Assembly (NCBI GenBank): GCA_977017645.1
Contig: OZ360243.1
Span: 30,876,001 to 30,940,000, forward strand
Reading direction: 5' to 3'
From: Torpedo marmorata
Lineage: Eukaryota
DNA: 64,000 nt
The notes under the pieces are model-generated. The model searched no databases. It was given only the letters and a program-made list of their open reading frames with translations, and had not been told where the DNA came from. The position numbers and the translations under genes were made by a program. Positions 23,339-35,242 of the stretch are shown here, piece after piece (position 1 is the first letter of the stretch; every line of letters starts with the position of its first letter).

Positions 23339-26300
23339 TCAGAATTTATTGTCATGAACAAGTCATGAAATTCGGTGTTTTGCGGCAGTATCATAGTGCA
23401 ATTAACATTCATATTAACCATCTTACGACATTACTATAAAAAATTATAAACAATAGTGCACAAAAAGTAAGGCAGAGTCTTTGGTTCATTGATTATTCAG
23501 GAATCTGATGGCAGCGGGGAAGAAGCTGTCCTTGTGCCGTTGAGTGCTCGTCTTCCCAATGGAAGCAGAGTGAAGAGGGCATGGCCTGGGTGGTGGGGGT
23601 CTTTGAGGATAGAGGCTGCTTTTTTAAGACACCGCCTCATGTAGATGACCTCGATGGAGTGAAGTTTGTGCCTGTGATGTCACAGGCCGAGTTAACAACC
23701 CTCTGGAGTTTACTCTTGTCCTGGGAGTTGGCGCCTCCATACCAGGCAGTGATGCAACCAGCCAGAATGCTCTCCACGGTACACCTGTAGATGTTTACGA
23801 GAGTCTTTGGTGACATACCGAATCTCCGCAGACACCTCACAAAGTATAGCCGCTGACGAGCCTTCTTTGTGATTGCATCAACGTGGATGCTCACTTCTAA
23901 AGTAATTACAAATGGACAAATTTCTTCAAGATTTCCCCTGACTAGATCTTCTTTGGCGATAGAACCTTTGGCAGAATTAGTTAGAAAAGATCCTAAAATA
24001 GTTGGTATTAAAGTTGAATGGAAGAACATAAAATTAGTTTGTTTGCAGATGATGTATTGATATAAATGACAAAATCTATTACATCTTTAGTACAATTGTC
24101 TGCGTTATTGAGAGAATATGGGGAAATATCTGGATATAAAATTAACTCTGATAAAAGTGAAATTATGGCATTATCACAAGGGGATTATAGTAAGTGTAAA
24201 GAAATTACACAATTTAAATGGGCAAAAGAAGGAATTAAATATTTGGGAATAAAGATTGATACAAAATTGGCTCATTTATATAAATTAAATTATTTACCAT
24301 TATTTGTGAAAATAAAAAAGGATTTAGACAATTGGAAGGATTTACCTATAACTTTAATGGGAAGGGTAAATTGTATTAAAATGAATGTTTTTCCAAGAAT
24401 TCAATATCTTTTCCAATCAATTCCTTATGAAATTCCTCAAAAAAATTTTTAAGATTTAAATTCAATTATTAGAACATTTTTATGGAAAGGAAAGTTAGCA
24501 AGAGTAGGTATAGAAAAATTAACTTGGAATTTTGAAATGGGTGGTTTACAACTTCCTAATTTCCAAAATTATTATAAAGCAGCTCAATTAAAATTTGTTA
24601 ATGAACTTTTTGATCCAACTAAATCTTCTGCTTGGATTAAAATAGAATTAAATAATATAGGAGAAGATTCCAAAGAAGAAATTATTTATAAATGGGATTC
24701 TAAATTAATATCAACAAGAAAGAAAAATTCTCCTATCCTTAAACATTTGTTAGAAATATGGAATAAGACTGATAAGGAAATAGGAGGAAAAGGAATGATT
24801 TCTCCAAGGATGCCTTTATATCACAATGAACTTATTCCATTTACTATTAATAATCAATTATTAAAAATTTGGTTTCAAAAAGGAATTAAGAAAATAAATG
24901 ATTGTTTTGAAGCTGGGAAATTTATTACTTTTCAAAGAATGAAAGATAAATTCAATATATTGGATAATACACTTTTTGCTTATTATCAAATTAGAGCATT
25001 TTTGATTGAGAAATTAGGTTATAGTTTGATTTTACCAAGACAGAATGAATTAGAATTATTAGTTACTGAAGGAGATGTAAATAAATTTATTTCTCAAATG
25101 TATAAATTGTTCCAGAGGAAAACTTCTAAAGTAGGAATTCATAAATCAAGATTAAAATGGGAATTAGATTTGAATGTAACAATAGATGAAAATCATTGGA
25201 AAGAATTATGTAAATTAAGTATGACGAAGATTATTAATGTTAGATATAGATTAGTACAATACAATTTTTTTCATCAATTATATTTAACACCTAAAAAATT
25301 AAAGAAATTTAATCCGACATTATCAGGTTTATGTTTTAGATGTAATAAAGAGGAAGGTTTTTTTGTACATTTGCATGGTTTTGTCCAAAAGTTTATGATT
25401 TTTGGTTGAAAGTTGAAATTTTTTTAGATAAAGTATTTAAGATTACATTTCCAATGGATGCTATGATATTTTTGTTTGGAGATATTAGAAAATTTAGTAC
25501 TAAAATGAAATTAAATATGTATCAAATAGAATTTTTGCGAATTGCTTTAGCTGTTTCAAAGAAATGTATTGCTATTACTTGGAAATCTGATTTTGATTTA
25601 GGGTTAGAAAGATGTTATGCAGAACTTCGTTCGTGTATACCACTTGAAAAAATTACCTATAATTTACGTAATAAATATCATTTCTTTTTAAAAATTTGGA
25701 GCCCATATATGAAAGTTGTTGGTTTAAGGATTTGAAGATCTCTGGACATCGGATCTACTGGCATACCTGACCTCCATAATAGAATTAGTTTATAGATGTA
25801 CGTTTTTAGATTGGCATTCTCCTTACTCTATCTTTTCTTTCTTTTTTTTTCCTTTCTTTACTTTTATTTTATATTTTTATTTTTATTAGATTAGTGGGGT
25901 TGGGAGGGTTGGGGAGGAGAGGGAGGGAGGGGGGTGAAAATGTATCACAAATATTTTGATAATTTCATATTTTATTTTATGTATCCTGTGATTTAAATTT
26001 TTAAATAAAATATTTAAAAAAACAAAAAACGTGGATGCTCCAGGACAGATCCTCGGAGATGTTGATACCCAGGAATTTGGAGTTCTTGACCCTCTCCACG
26101 ACTGAGCCCTCGATGAGGACTGGGTCGTATTCCCCTGACTTCCTCCTGAAGTCCACAATCATCTCCTTGGTTTTGCTGACGTTGAGCTCAAGATTGTTGC
26201 CATTACACCATTCAACGAGCTGATCTATCTCCCTCCTGTACGTTTCCTCATTGCCGTTTGTGATTCTGCCGACAACTGTGGTGTCATCGGCAAACTTGTA

Positions 26301-27817
26301 GATGGCATTGGAATTATGCCTGGCCACACAGTCATGGGTGTATAACGAGTAGAGCAGTGGACTGAGCACGAATCCTTGGGGTGCGCCTGTGTTGATAATC
26401 ACTGAGGAGGAGACGTTGTTTCCAATTCGTACTGACTGTGGTCTTCTGATGAGAAAGTCAAGGATCCAGTTGCAGAGGGGGGTACAGAGTCCTAGAGTTT
26501 GTAGCTTCTTGACCAGCACTGAGGGAATAATCGTATTGAAGGCTGAGTTGTAGTCGATGAAGAGCAGCCGTATGTATGAATTGCTGTTTTCGAGGTGATC
26601 CAGAGCTGAGTGGAGAGCCAGCGATATTGCATCTGCTGTGGAGTGATTGTGATAATAGGCGAATTGCAGTGGGTCCAGATCTTTGCTTAGGTATGTGTTC
26701 ATTCTGGCCATGACCAGCCTCTCAAAGCATTTCATCACAGTAGAAGTTAGTGCTACTGGGCAGTAGTCGTTGAGGCAGCCCACACTACTCTTCTTGGGTA
26801 CCGGGATGATTGATGCCCTTTTGAAGCAGGTGGGAACCTCTGACTGCCGCAATGAGAGGTTGAAAATGTCCGTGAACACTCCGGCTAGTTGGTTGGCGCA
26901 GATTTTCAGTACCCTGCCAGGTACGCCGTCAGGGCCTGACGCCTTGCGAGGGTTCACCCTCTTGAATGATGTTCTGACGTCGCCCTCAGACACAGATATC
27001 ACAGGGTCCTCAGCCTTTTCAGGGATTCTAGTTGGCACTGTTTGGTTCTTCTTCTCAAAGCGGGCATAGAAGGTGTTCAGCTCATCGGGTAGTGAAGCAT
27101 CACAGCCATCTATAGTGTTCGCCCTTGCTTTGTAGGCTGTAATGGCCTGCACTCCCTGCCATAGTTGGCGTGTATCTGTCTCTAGCTTCCTCCAGAATTG
27201 CCACTTTGCTTCAGAGATGGCCTTCCGCAGGTCGTGCCTGGGCTTCTTGTAAAGATCCCTGTCCCCGGCCTTAAATCCCTTGTTCTCGTCCTCAGCAGGC
27301 TGCGAATTCTCTGATTCATCCAGGGCTTCTGGTTGGGGAACACCCGGTATTTGCGCGTGGGCACACACTCATCCATGCAGGTCTTGATGAAGTCGGTGAC
27401 ACCTGTTGCATATTCATTTAGGTCTATGGCTGAGTGCTTGAATATGTTCCAGTCCACCGATTCAAAGCAGTACTGCAGATGCTCCTCCGCCCCCCTCGAC
27501 CATACTTTTACCGCCCTCACCACTGGTGCTGTGGTCTTCAGTCTCTGCTTGTACGCCGGGAGTAGAAGTACAGCCAGGTGATCAGACTTGCCGAAGTGCA
27601 GTCGTGGTATGGCTCGGTATGCGTTCTTCACGGTGGTGTAGCAGTGGTCGAGTGTGTTGGTTCCCCTGGTCTCGCATGTGATGTGTTGGTGGTAGTTTGT
27701 CAGTGACTTCTTCAGATTGACCTGATTGAAGTCTCCTACAATGATCAGGAAGGCATCAGTATGTGCTGTCTCATGGCTGTTTATCACAGTGCTCAGTCCC
27801 TCCAGTGCCAGCTCCCG
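23339..27817 (-). mobile_element. Rex1/Babar LINE (family B), EN-RT, split by an L1
   Basis: ORFs 27182-27787, 26001-27368 and 23637-24029; (ttctga)n tail; TSD gatcagaa (23331-23338, 27818-27825). Confidence 0.92.
23893..26027 (+). mobile_element. L1 LINE, 5'-truncated
   Basis: ORF2 fragments; TSD aacgtggatgctc (23880-23892, 26028-26040). Confidence 0.93.
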
Positions 27818-28259
27818 GATCAGAACTGCAGGAGGTTGACAGTGGAAAATTCAAAAACAGTAATGGCATTGAATGTCACAGCAAAGTGGTTAGAATCTCT
27901 TATAGTCAGCAGCTGCCATGAACTTGAGAAATAGCAGGAATACATCATAAATCTTAAATCTGTTCCACTCTAGTCTCATGGCCGATACAGCAGGTCGTCT
28001 ACTGTACCACCTGATCCCTATATCAATTGATCTGAGCAACTGAAAACCTGCTGATCGCAGCCTTGAAGAACTAAGCACCCCCATTCCGCTTGAGAATTCC
28101 AAATGTTTATAATTCTGAATACTCATCCCTATTGCAAGATTATCCAGTCTGAGCAGCATCCAATCAATATATACCCCATAACCACTCTGAACTTCTTTAC
28201 AGCTCCTTGAGATCATCCCTCATTCCTCCAAACTCGAATCGGTCAACCTTACTCTCTTT

Positions 28260-29030
28260 GAATCAGTCGTAGACCCATACAGCAAGGAATAGGCCCAACT
28301 CATCCATGCCAACCAAGATGGAATTCTGGGCTTGTCTCATTTGCCCAAATTTGGCCCATTTCCTTCTTAACTCCTACTGTTCATTTATCTGCCCAAATGC
28401 CATTTGAGCATTGTAATTGCACCCACTTCTATAGCTTTCTCTGGCAACTCATTCCAAAAACAGATGACTGAGTGAAAAAAAGTTACCTCTCAGATATCTC
28501 TTAAATCTTTCCACTCTCACCTTAAACCTACGCCTGTGGTTCTATAATTATTTACCCTGAGTAAAAGACTGGGAGTACTTTATGCCTCTCATGAATTTAT
28601 ATACCTCTCTATAAAGGTCACCCCTCAGCCTCCTACACTCCAGAGAATAATGACCCAGCCTATCCAGGCTCTTCCTACAACTTGTCCTTTGAAGGACAAC
28701 CACCTCATCCCAACAATCAATCTTACAAATCTATGCTGTACCTACTCTTAAAAAGTTATGTCCTTCCTATAGGGATGAACAGCAAAATGACACACCAAGC
28801 TTTGGATATGGTCTCAAGAGTCTTGTTCAATTGCAGCAAGACAACCTCTCTTCTGTACTCCTGTTACAAGAAGGACCTGCAAGTTTACTTTGTTTCATAG
28901 AGCAGGATCCTGCTGCACACCAATATTTATCAATTTTTCCACCATTAATTTCCCATTATTCTTAGAAAAGTATGCAATCTAATATTTTCCCACACTACAT
29001 TCCATCTGCTATTTCTTTGCCACTAGCATA
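28260..29030 (-). mobile_element. Decayed CR1 LINE 3' portion
   Basis: Reverse-strand resemblance to the CR1 3' ORF and tail (aggctgaggggtgacc, ttttttcactcag, tggaatgagttgccag). Confidence 0.65.
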
Positions 29031-29824
29031 ACACATCTGTATTTTTTTTTTAACTCTTTGTTTTCACCACTTTCCCATCTGGCTTTATATAAGCAACACT
29101 GGCTTTTCATTCAAATCATCAATATAAAGTGGGAACAGTTCAAGGCCCAGTGCCTGGAGCACCCCAACCATATCAACTTGCCAACTTGAAAAGTCATGTT
29201 TATTCCAATCTCACTAATCGTCCATCCAAGCCAATATGCTTCTTCAAACCACAATTTATTTTATTTAACAACGCAATATGCCCTATCAAGTATCATTTGA
29301 AGCTTTAGATATACTATATTCAGATCTGCCTTGCGAGATAGAATTTCTCTTCCATAAAACCACATTAATGTTGCTTATTGATATTGTTATATATCAATAT
29401 TTCACCTATTATAATGAGCTCCAGTACTCTGCTCTATTGTGTTTTTCTCCGACCCCCCTTATTTCCTTTCCTAAATGTCATTAATACTACCAGCTATTTA
29501 TAATTATTATTATTATAATGGTTATAATATGAATGTTTGCACTATGATGCTGCTGCAAAACACCGAATTTCATGACTTGTTCATGACAATAAATTCTGAT
29601 TCTGAGGACTGAATATTGTCTTGGTCTTGCTCCATAAATATTGATGGATTACTTAATTTTCTACATTTCACATTACTTTCATTTCTGAGCATTCTGATTT
29701 CTGACCTCATGATGGAGCAAAGACCACTGATGAATTAGCTGAAGATGGTTGACTAGAGCACGTCACCCAAAGAAAACCTAAAACCTAATTCTCGGACTGA
29801 GATGATTGGCCTCCATTAATCACA

Positions 29825-30330
29825 ACTGAATGTATCACAGCTTGGTACAGAAAGTGCTCTATGCAAGACAGCAGGAAACAACAGAGAGCGATAAACGTAG
29901 CTCAGGCCATCACGCAAACCAACCTTCCCTCCACCGACTCTGTCTATACCTCCCGTGTCTCAGGAAAGCTGCCAATATAATAATAAAAGATCCATTCCAC
30001 CCTATTCATATTCTTTTCTCCACCCTCATGTCAGACAGAGATATACGATTTTGAAAACACAGACCTCCACATTCAAGAGCAGTTCCTTTCCAGCTGTTGT
30101 CAGATTCTCAAATAGATCTCTCATTGGAAAACATTGTGCCCTTGCCCTGTTAACTTCACTTTTCTCTATACTCTGAACTTTGTCTTTGTAACACTATACC
30201 CTGCACTCTTTGACTTACTGCACTACACTCTGCACTTTTGTTTCACCTGCTGTCCTTGAGTATGAGTTAACTTGCCTAGATAGCACACAGAACAAAGCTT
30301 TGCACTATATAGTGATATATGTGACAATAT
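29825..30330 (+). mobile_element. Decayed Rex1-type LINE 3' end
   Basis: CLRKAANIIIKDPFHP peptide; gtgacaata end. Confidence 0.6.
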
Positions 30331-31260
30331 ACAACTAATTTCTGTTGAAAAGCCAATTACCTGAATCAGTAACTCACTCTCTTTCCATGGATACTGCAAG
30401 TTCAATTTCTAGGTAATTTTATTGAAACCCTCTTCCTTTATGCAAGTTGTATCAAGAACCTGGAGAAATATAGTGCTACTCATCAATGATCCCCAGCATC
30501 TTGAATTTTACTGCACTCCTTGAGCCACAAATGACAAAATGCTGTACATCGAGATCAGTCAAACTTGAATCAGAAATGTATCCAAAATTGTACCAAGCTC
30601 AATAAAACAAAGACACGATCACTTTGTTTATGTTGGAATTTGATTGATTATAGGAATTTGCTGTTTTTGTGAATGTGACGTATCAAGCTAATCTTCCACG
30701 ATCTTACATGGATATCACACCCCCCTCCTCCGCCCCCACTTTCATTTAAAACAGCTTGGCTATCTATTTGGCAATAGTTAGGTGTTGTAAAAGACAATAG
30801 CTTTTGCTGCATCATCAACTTAATCTCTATTATTACATAATTTATTTCGATTTGTTACCATTGTGACTTTTAAAACAAGCAACAAGATAGATACCAGCAT
30901 TGAACAAAATGAAGTTTGCACTACATTGAGGATTGGGAGAAGGTGCACAGCTGCATTTCAGTTTTCCAAGCACTGGACAAGGCATCATTTATAAAATGAG
31001 CAAAATGAAAGAAAGGCACTTATTCACTTTCCAACCACAATAGTCTTATTTGTTTTTGGGTACTTCATACATGTTAACTCAATTTCCTCTATCAAACTGC
31101 ATAAAACTAAAACAAAAGCCCGGAGTTTCATTGTGGATTTCAAGTTAACATTACCTCCACGCGTGTTAAGAAGCTAATTATCAATACCAGAACAACACAT
31201 GGGAATGTGTACAAATTATACATGACAGTTCTGTCTTGTGAAAGGTACTACTTTACATTT

Positions 31261-32905
31261 AAGTAAAAACGCAATGCTGGAGAAACTCAGCACGTCAAAC
31301 AGTGTACTTTATGCAGCAAAGATAAAGATACATAACCAAAGTTTCAGGCTTGAGCCCTTCATCAAGGTATGAACAAAATGGTGGGGGGGTGGTGAGGAGC
31401 ACAGTGCTACAGGCAGGAGGTAATAGGTGGATAAGGGAAGGAGGGCACACCAGCAAACAAGGGGAGGAAGAATGGTTCTGTAAATGGAGAGGGTGGAGAG
31501 CTAGGGGAAAGACAAAGGGATGGGGAAGAGAGGGAGAACAGGGAGTAGGCTAGCAGAAACCAGAGGTCAATGTTAATGCCACCAGGTTGGAGAGTGCTCA
31601 GCCAGAAAATTAGGTGTTACTCCTCCAATTTACAGGTGGTCTGGGTTTGACAGTACACTAGGTCATGGACAGATAGGTCAGCGAGAGAGTGGGGCACAGA
31701 ATTGAAATGATAGGCCACTGGGAGATCCTTGTCACTGATGCGGACAGAGCGAAGGTGCTCAGCAAAGCAATCCCCCAGTATGCGCCCAGTCTCTCCGATG
31801 TAGAGATGGCCACAACGGGAGCACCAAATGCAGTAGATGACTCCTGCAACACAAGTGAAGTGTTGTTGCTTCACTTGGAAGGACTGTTTGGGGCCCCCAA
31901 TAGTGGTGAGGGAGGAAGTGTGGAGGCAAGTGTGGCACTATCTGCGGCCTCAGGGGAAGGTGCCAAGTGGGTGATTAACGGGAAGGGATGAGTTGACGAG
32001 AGACTCACGGAGGGAGCAGTCCCTACGGAAGGCGGAGAGGGGAGGAGAGAGGAAGATTTGTCTGGCGCTGGGATCATGTTGGAGGTGACAGAAATGACAG
32101 AGGATAATGTGTTGGATCCGGAGGCTGATGGGGTAGTAGGTGAGAACAAGGGGAATCCTGTTGTTGTTGCATCTGGGGGCAGAGGGGGCCAGGGCAGAAG
32201 AGCGGGAAATGGAGGAGACGCAGGTAAGGGCTGAGTTGATGATGGTGGAGGGGAAGCCACGTTTTAGGAAGAAGGGGAACATTTCGGATGATCTGGACTG
32301 GAAGACCTCATCTTGGGAACAGATAGGACAGGCGGAGGAATTGAGAGTAAGGAATAGAATCCTTGCATGGGTCTGGGTGAGAAGAAGTGTAGTCAAGGTA
32401 GTCGTGGGAGTTAGTAGGTTTGTAAAAAAATTCTGCAGAAAGCTTGTCTCCCGAGATCAAGAAAGGGGAGAGTGTCGCCAAAGATGGACCAGGTGAATTT
32501 GAGGTTGGGGTAAAAGTTAGCAGCAAAGTGAATAAAGTTGACGAGCTCATCGCAGGTGCATGAATGAGGAAGCCCCGATGCAGTCGGGTTTTTTTTTTCT
32601 TCGCGGAGGGAGCGGGTCCCTACCGAAGGGGAGGGGAACCAGTCCAGATAATCTGAAATGTCCTCCTTCTTCCTAAAACGTGGCTTCCCCTTCACCACCA
32701 TCAACTTAGCCCTGACCGCATCTCCTCCATTTCCCTGCTCTGGCCCCCTCTGCCCCCAAACGCTACAACAACAGGATTTCCCTTGTCAACCCCACTGACC
32801 TCTGTAATTTCCGTCACCGACAACACGATCCCACCACCAGACACATCTTCCCTTCCCCTTCCCTCTCCGCCTTCCGTCGGGCCCGCTCCCTCTGTGGTCT
32901 CTCTC
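31261..32905 (-). mobile_element. Penelope-like element with inverted 5' segment
   Basis: GIY-YIG and RT remnants; plus-strand duplicate at 32638-32905; 14-bp TSD actactttacattt (31247-31260, 32906-32919). Confidence 0.85.
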
Positions 32906-33794
32906 ACTACTTTACATTTGACCTACAACGATCTAAACCGACGAATATATCTGCAAAACGTGGCAATCTTGTTTCAAATCAAAATCACCAACTGTACTTC
33001 CCTGCAGCTTTTTACCGAACACCGAGGAATAGTACTTTTGCATCGACTAAGATCAATAGAACGTTCAAATGAAAGCTTCATTTTCAATATGTGATCAAAA
33101 AATCTCAGTTTGAGATAATTTCCGTGTTTTGAGTTATGATATACATCGTCGCAATGACAACATTCATTGTCGTTTCCCTTCCCTTATGTGGGATTTTCTG
33201 ATCACCCCAGAGCTGGAAAATCTGAACTGAACAGCCAGCCTCCACCCCTCCTCGATGTCATTGTACGACGTGAAATACAACTTGTGTCATTTGCTCCATT
33301 AATTCAATTTCTACCCGCAATGCTCACATCACCAAAGCAACTGAAAGCCTGCAAGTGCAGACTAAAACAAAGCCAATCTCGACTCCCAAGGAGACGGGAA
33401 AGTTTTCTCCGCTCACATTCTGCCTTCCACTGTCAGTTAAAAGGAATGAACAATGGAACCATAACATTTTTCTTCTTCGCTGTGGCTGAAATTCAGGGAT
33501 ATTGCTTCCGTTTGAAATCCGCTCTATTACTGACAAATCTGAACCACAAGATCTCGGTGATCGGAGCCTCGGTGGGCGAATTCGGATTGTTACACGATGA
33601 TGAGCCATCAATGTTCGGCTCGGCTCCACATGAAACTCGGGGAGGGGAGATGTCCGGGAAACGTGCAAGGCAGACGGCTGCAACCGTCCACACGATCTGG
33701 GCAGGAGAAAACACTGGTGCGGTCAGGCTGCCACAGGCCCGGTGACATCCTCCCTTGTCAGTGGTTTCCCTCCCACACAAATCGCACTGCTCAC

Positions 33795-33838
33795 CTGGAC
33801 AAGTGCTTCAGGATCTGCTTCTTGATGAGCCCCGCCAT
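33795..33838 (-). CDS. BLTP3B: Bridge-like lipid transfer protein 3B (UHRF1BP1L), coding exon 1
   Basis: ATG...MAGLIKKQILKHLS(R) then AG|gtgagc donor; 44-nt coding exon matching the recalled BLTP3 N-terminus; CpG-rich context. Paralog BLTP3A cannot be excluded from 15 aa; linkage with CKAP4 favours 3B. No later exon recognised in the window. Confidence 0.85.
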
Positions 33839-33989
33839 CACTTTCGCCCCCCCCGGGAAGATATTAACGAACCGCTCCCATGTCAAGACAATCCGGTGCG
33901 AATGCGGCCGCTGGGCAGACTCTGCCGAAGGCACCTCCCACCACCACCTCACTCAGGGGCTTCTTCCATTGACTGTGACCGAGTGAGAC

Positions 33990-34270
33990 GGGATCAGAGT
34001 GAGGTCTGCAGGGCAGAGCGCAGCGCCAATCAGGACGGGGCTGGCGGGGCAAAGTGCAGCACCGATCAGAGTGAGGCCAGCGGGGCAGAGAACGGCGCCA
34101 ATCAGAGCGAGGTTTGCGGGGCAGCGTGCGGCATCAATCAAAATGGTGCTGATGAGGAGATTATAACGTTGGCTCACTCAGCTCGAGGATGGGAAGAACT
34201 AAGCATCAGTCAGAGTGAGTGCAGGCAAAGTTTAGCGCCAATCAGAGTGAGGTTTTGAGGCAGAGCAGGA
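33990..34270. promoter_or_regulatory. 36-bp periodic CCAAT/GC-box array upstream of the BLTP3B start
   Basis: atca(g) at 33993, 34029, 34065, 34101, 34137, then 34209 (gtcag) and 34241; ccaatcag in three units; gcggggc GC boxes. Confidence 0.7.
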
Positions 34271-34307
34271 GTTGGAAATATCTGAATTGGAATGATGGAC
34301 TGACCAA

Positions 34308-34640
34308 ATTCAGGTCAAGATTCAATTTATTGTCATAGTAATAAAACGGTGTCATATTACATGAAATTTCTTTTTGCCTGCTGCAAGGCAGACAGATTCG
34401 CCACCGGCAGAAATTGCCTAAGCGCCTCTAACATTCCTTACAGTCAGAGAAAGAGAAGCAAAAGAGAGTCCCCCCAGAGTTACCGAGCGTCCGTAGATTC
34501 GCCTCCAGCCTCCGCAGCCTCCGCAGCCACACAGAGTCCAGTCCAAACCATCGGCAACCCGAGCTCCAGATCCGAACCTCCGACACGGTCAGGAACCCTT
34601 CGGCGCCCCCTCACATCCCGGTTCCGATACCTGGTACTCC
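34308..34640 (-). mobile_element. Non-coding retroposon with a Rex1-like 3' tail
   Basis: Minus strand ends tctgtctgccttg...aaatttcatgtaa...atgacaataaattgaatc. Confidence 0.55.
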
Positions 34641-34810
34641 TCCATATTTCCATATTCACCCTCTAAAACAGTGCAAACGCCAGTAAATGCTCTTGCTTGG
34701 GAGTCTCCCCTGATCGAGATTGCTTGGTTGCTAATGCAAATGATGAGGATAGTGTGGGATCAACGTATTTTGCCACAGGTGGGGGAGTGCATGCCTCTAG
34801 ACTCAAGAGC

Positions 34811-34888
34811 AGTGGTTTTTAAACTGCCCCCCTAAACTCACATTCCACCTTAAGCAATCCCTCTGTCATAAGTGCTCTGTGATTAGTG
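34811..34888. mobile_element. Partial copy of the hAT MITE
   Basis: cagtggtttttaaactgccccccta...aagcaatcc matches the start of 3455. Confidence 0.75.
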
Positions 34889-35242
34889 ATTTGTTATGCA
34901 TCTTTATCTTTGTTATTGATATGCCTATCAATTAGCACTCAAGAGACTATGAGAGGGTTAACCATAGGCTTTAATACACATAAAACAGACCAACAGTAGA
35001 CCTGCAGATCTCAACCGGACTGTGGGCGGAGCAGTGGCACACAGGCCTTTATTCAGTTGAGAAAAGGGGAGGGATTACCTGGACACCCAAAGGAGGGGAG
35101 AGGAGTCGCCGGGACAGACAGCAGTACATACAATACACAAACAGTGGTTTACCACATTCACCCCTCCTTTTAAAAGAGTCCAGCGGGGTGAAGTGGCCAC
35201 AATACAATCGCTACAGGAATTCAAAATACTTACAGTCATAAT

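Noticed and set aside
1-33790. Further BLTP3B exons (FTKNLSPDKINLSTLKG...)
   Set aside because: Not found by eye; probably beyond the window start, although a small exon could have been missed.
33167-34258. Overlapping ORFs of 60-190 aa as genes
   Set aside because: GC-rich promoter/intron artefacts. The supported coding piece is the 44-nt exon missed by the ORF track.
33990-34270. CRISPR-like array (36-bp period)
   Set aside because: Degenerate tandem units with no unique spacers, no cas genes, and a vertebrate context.
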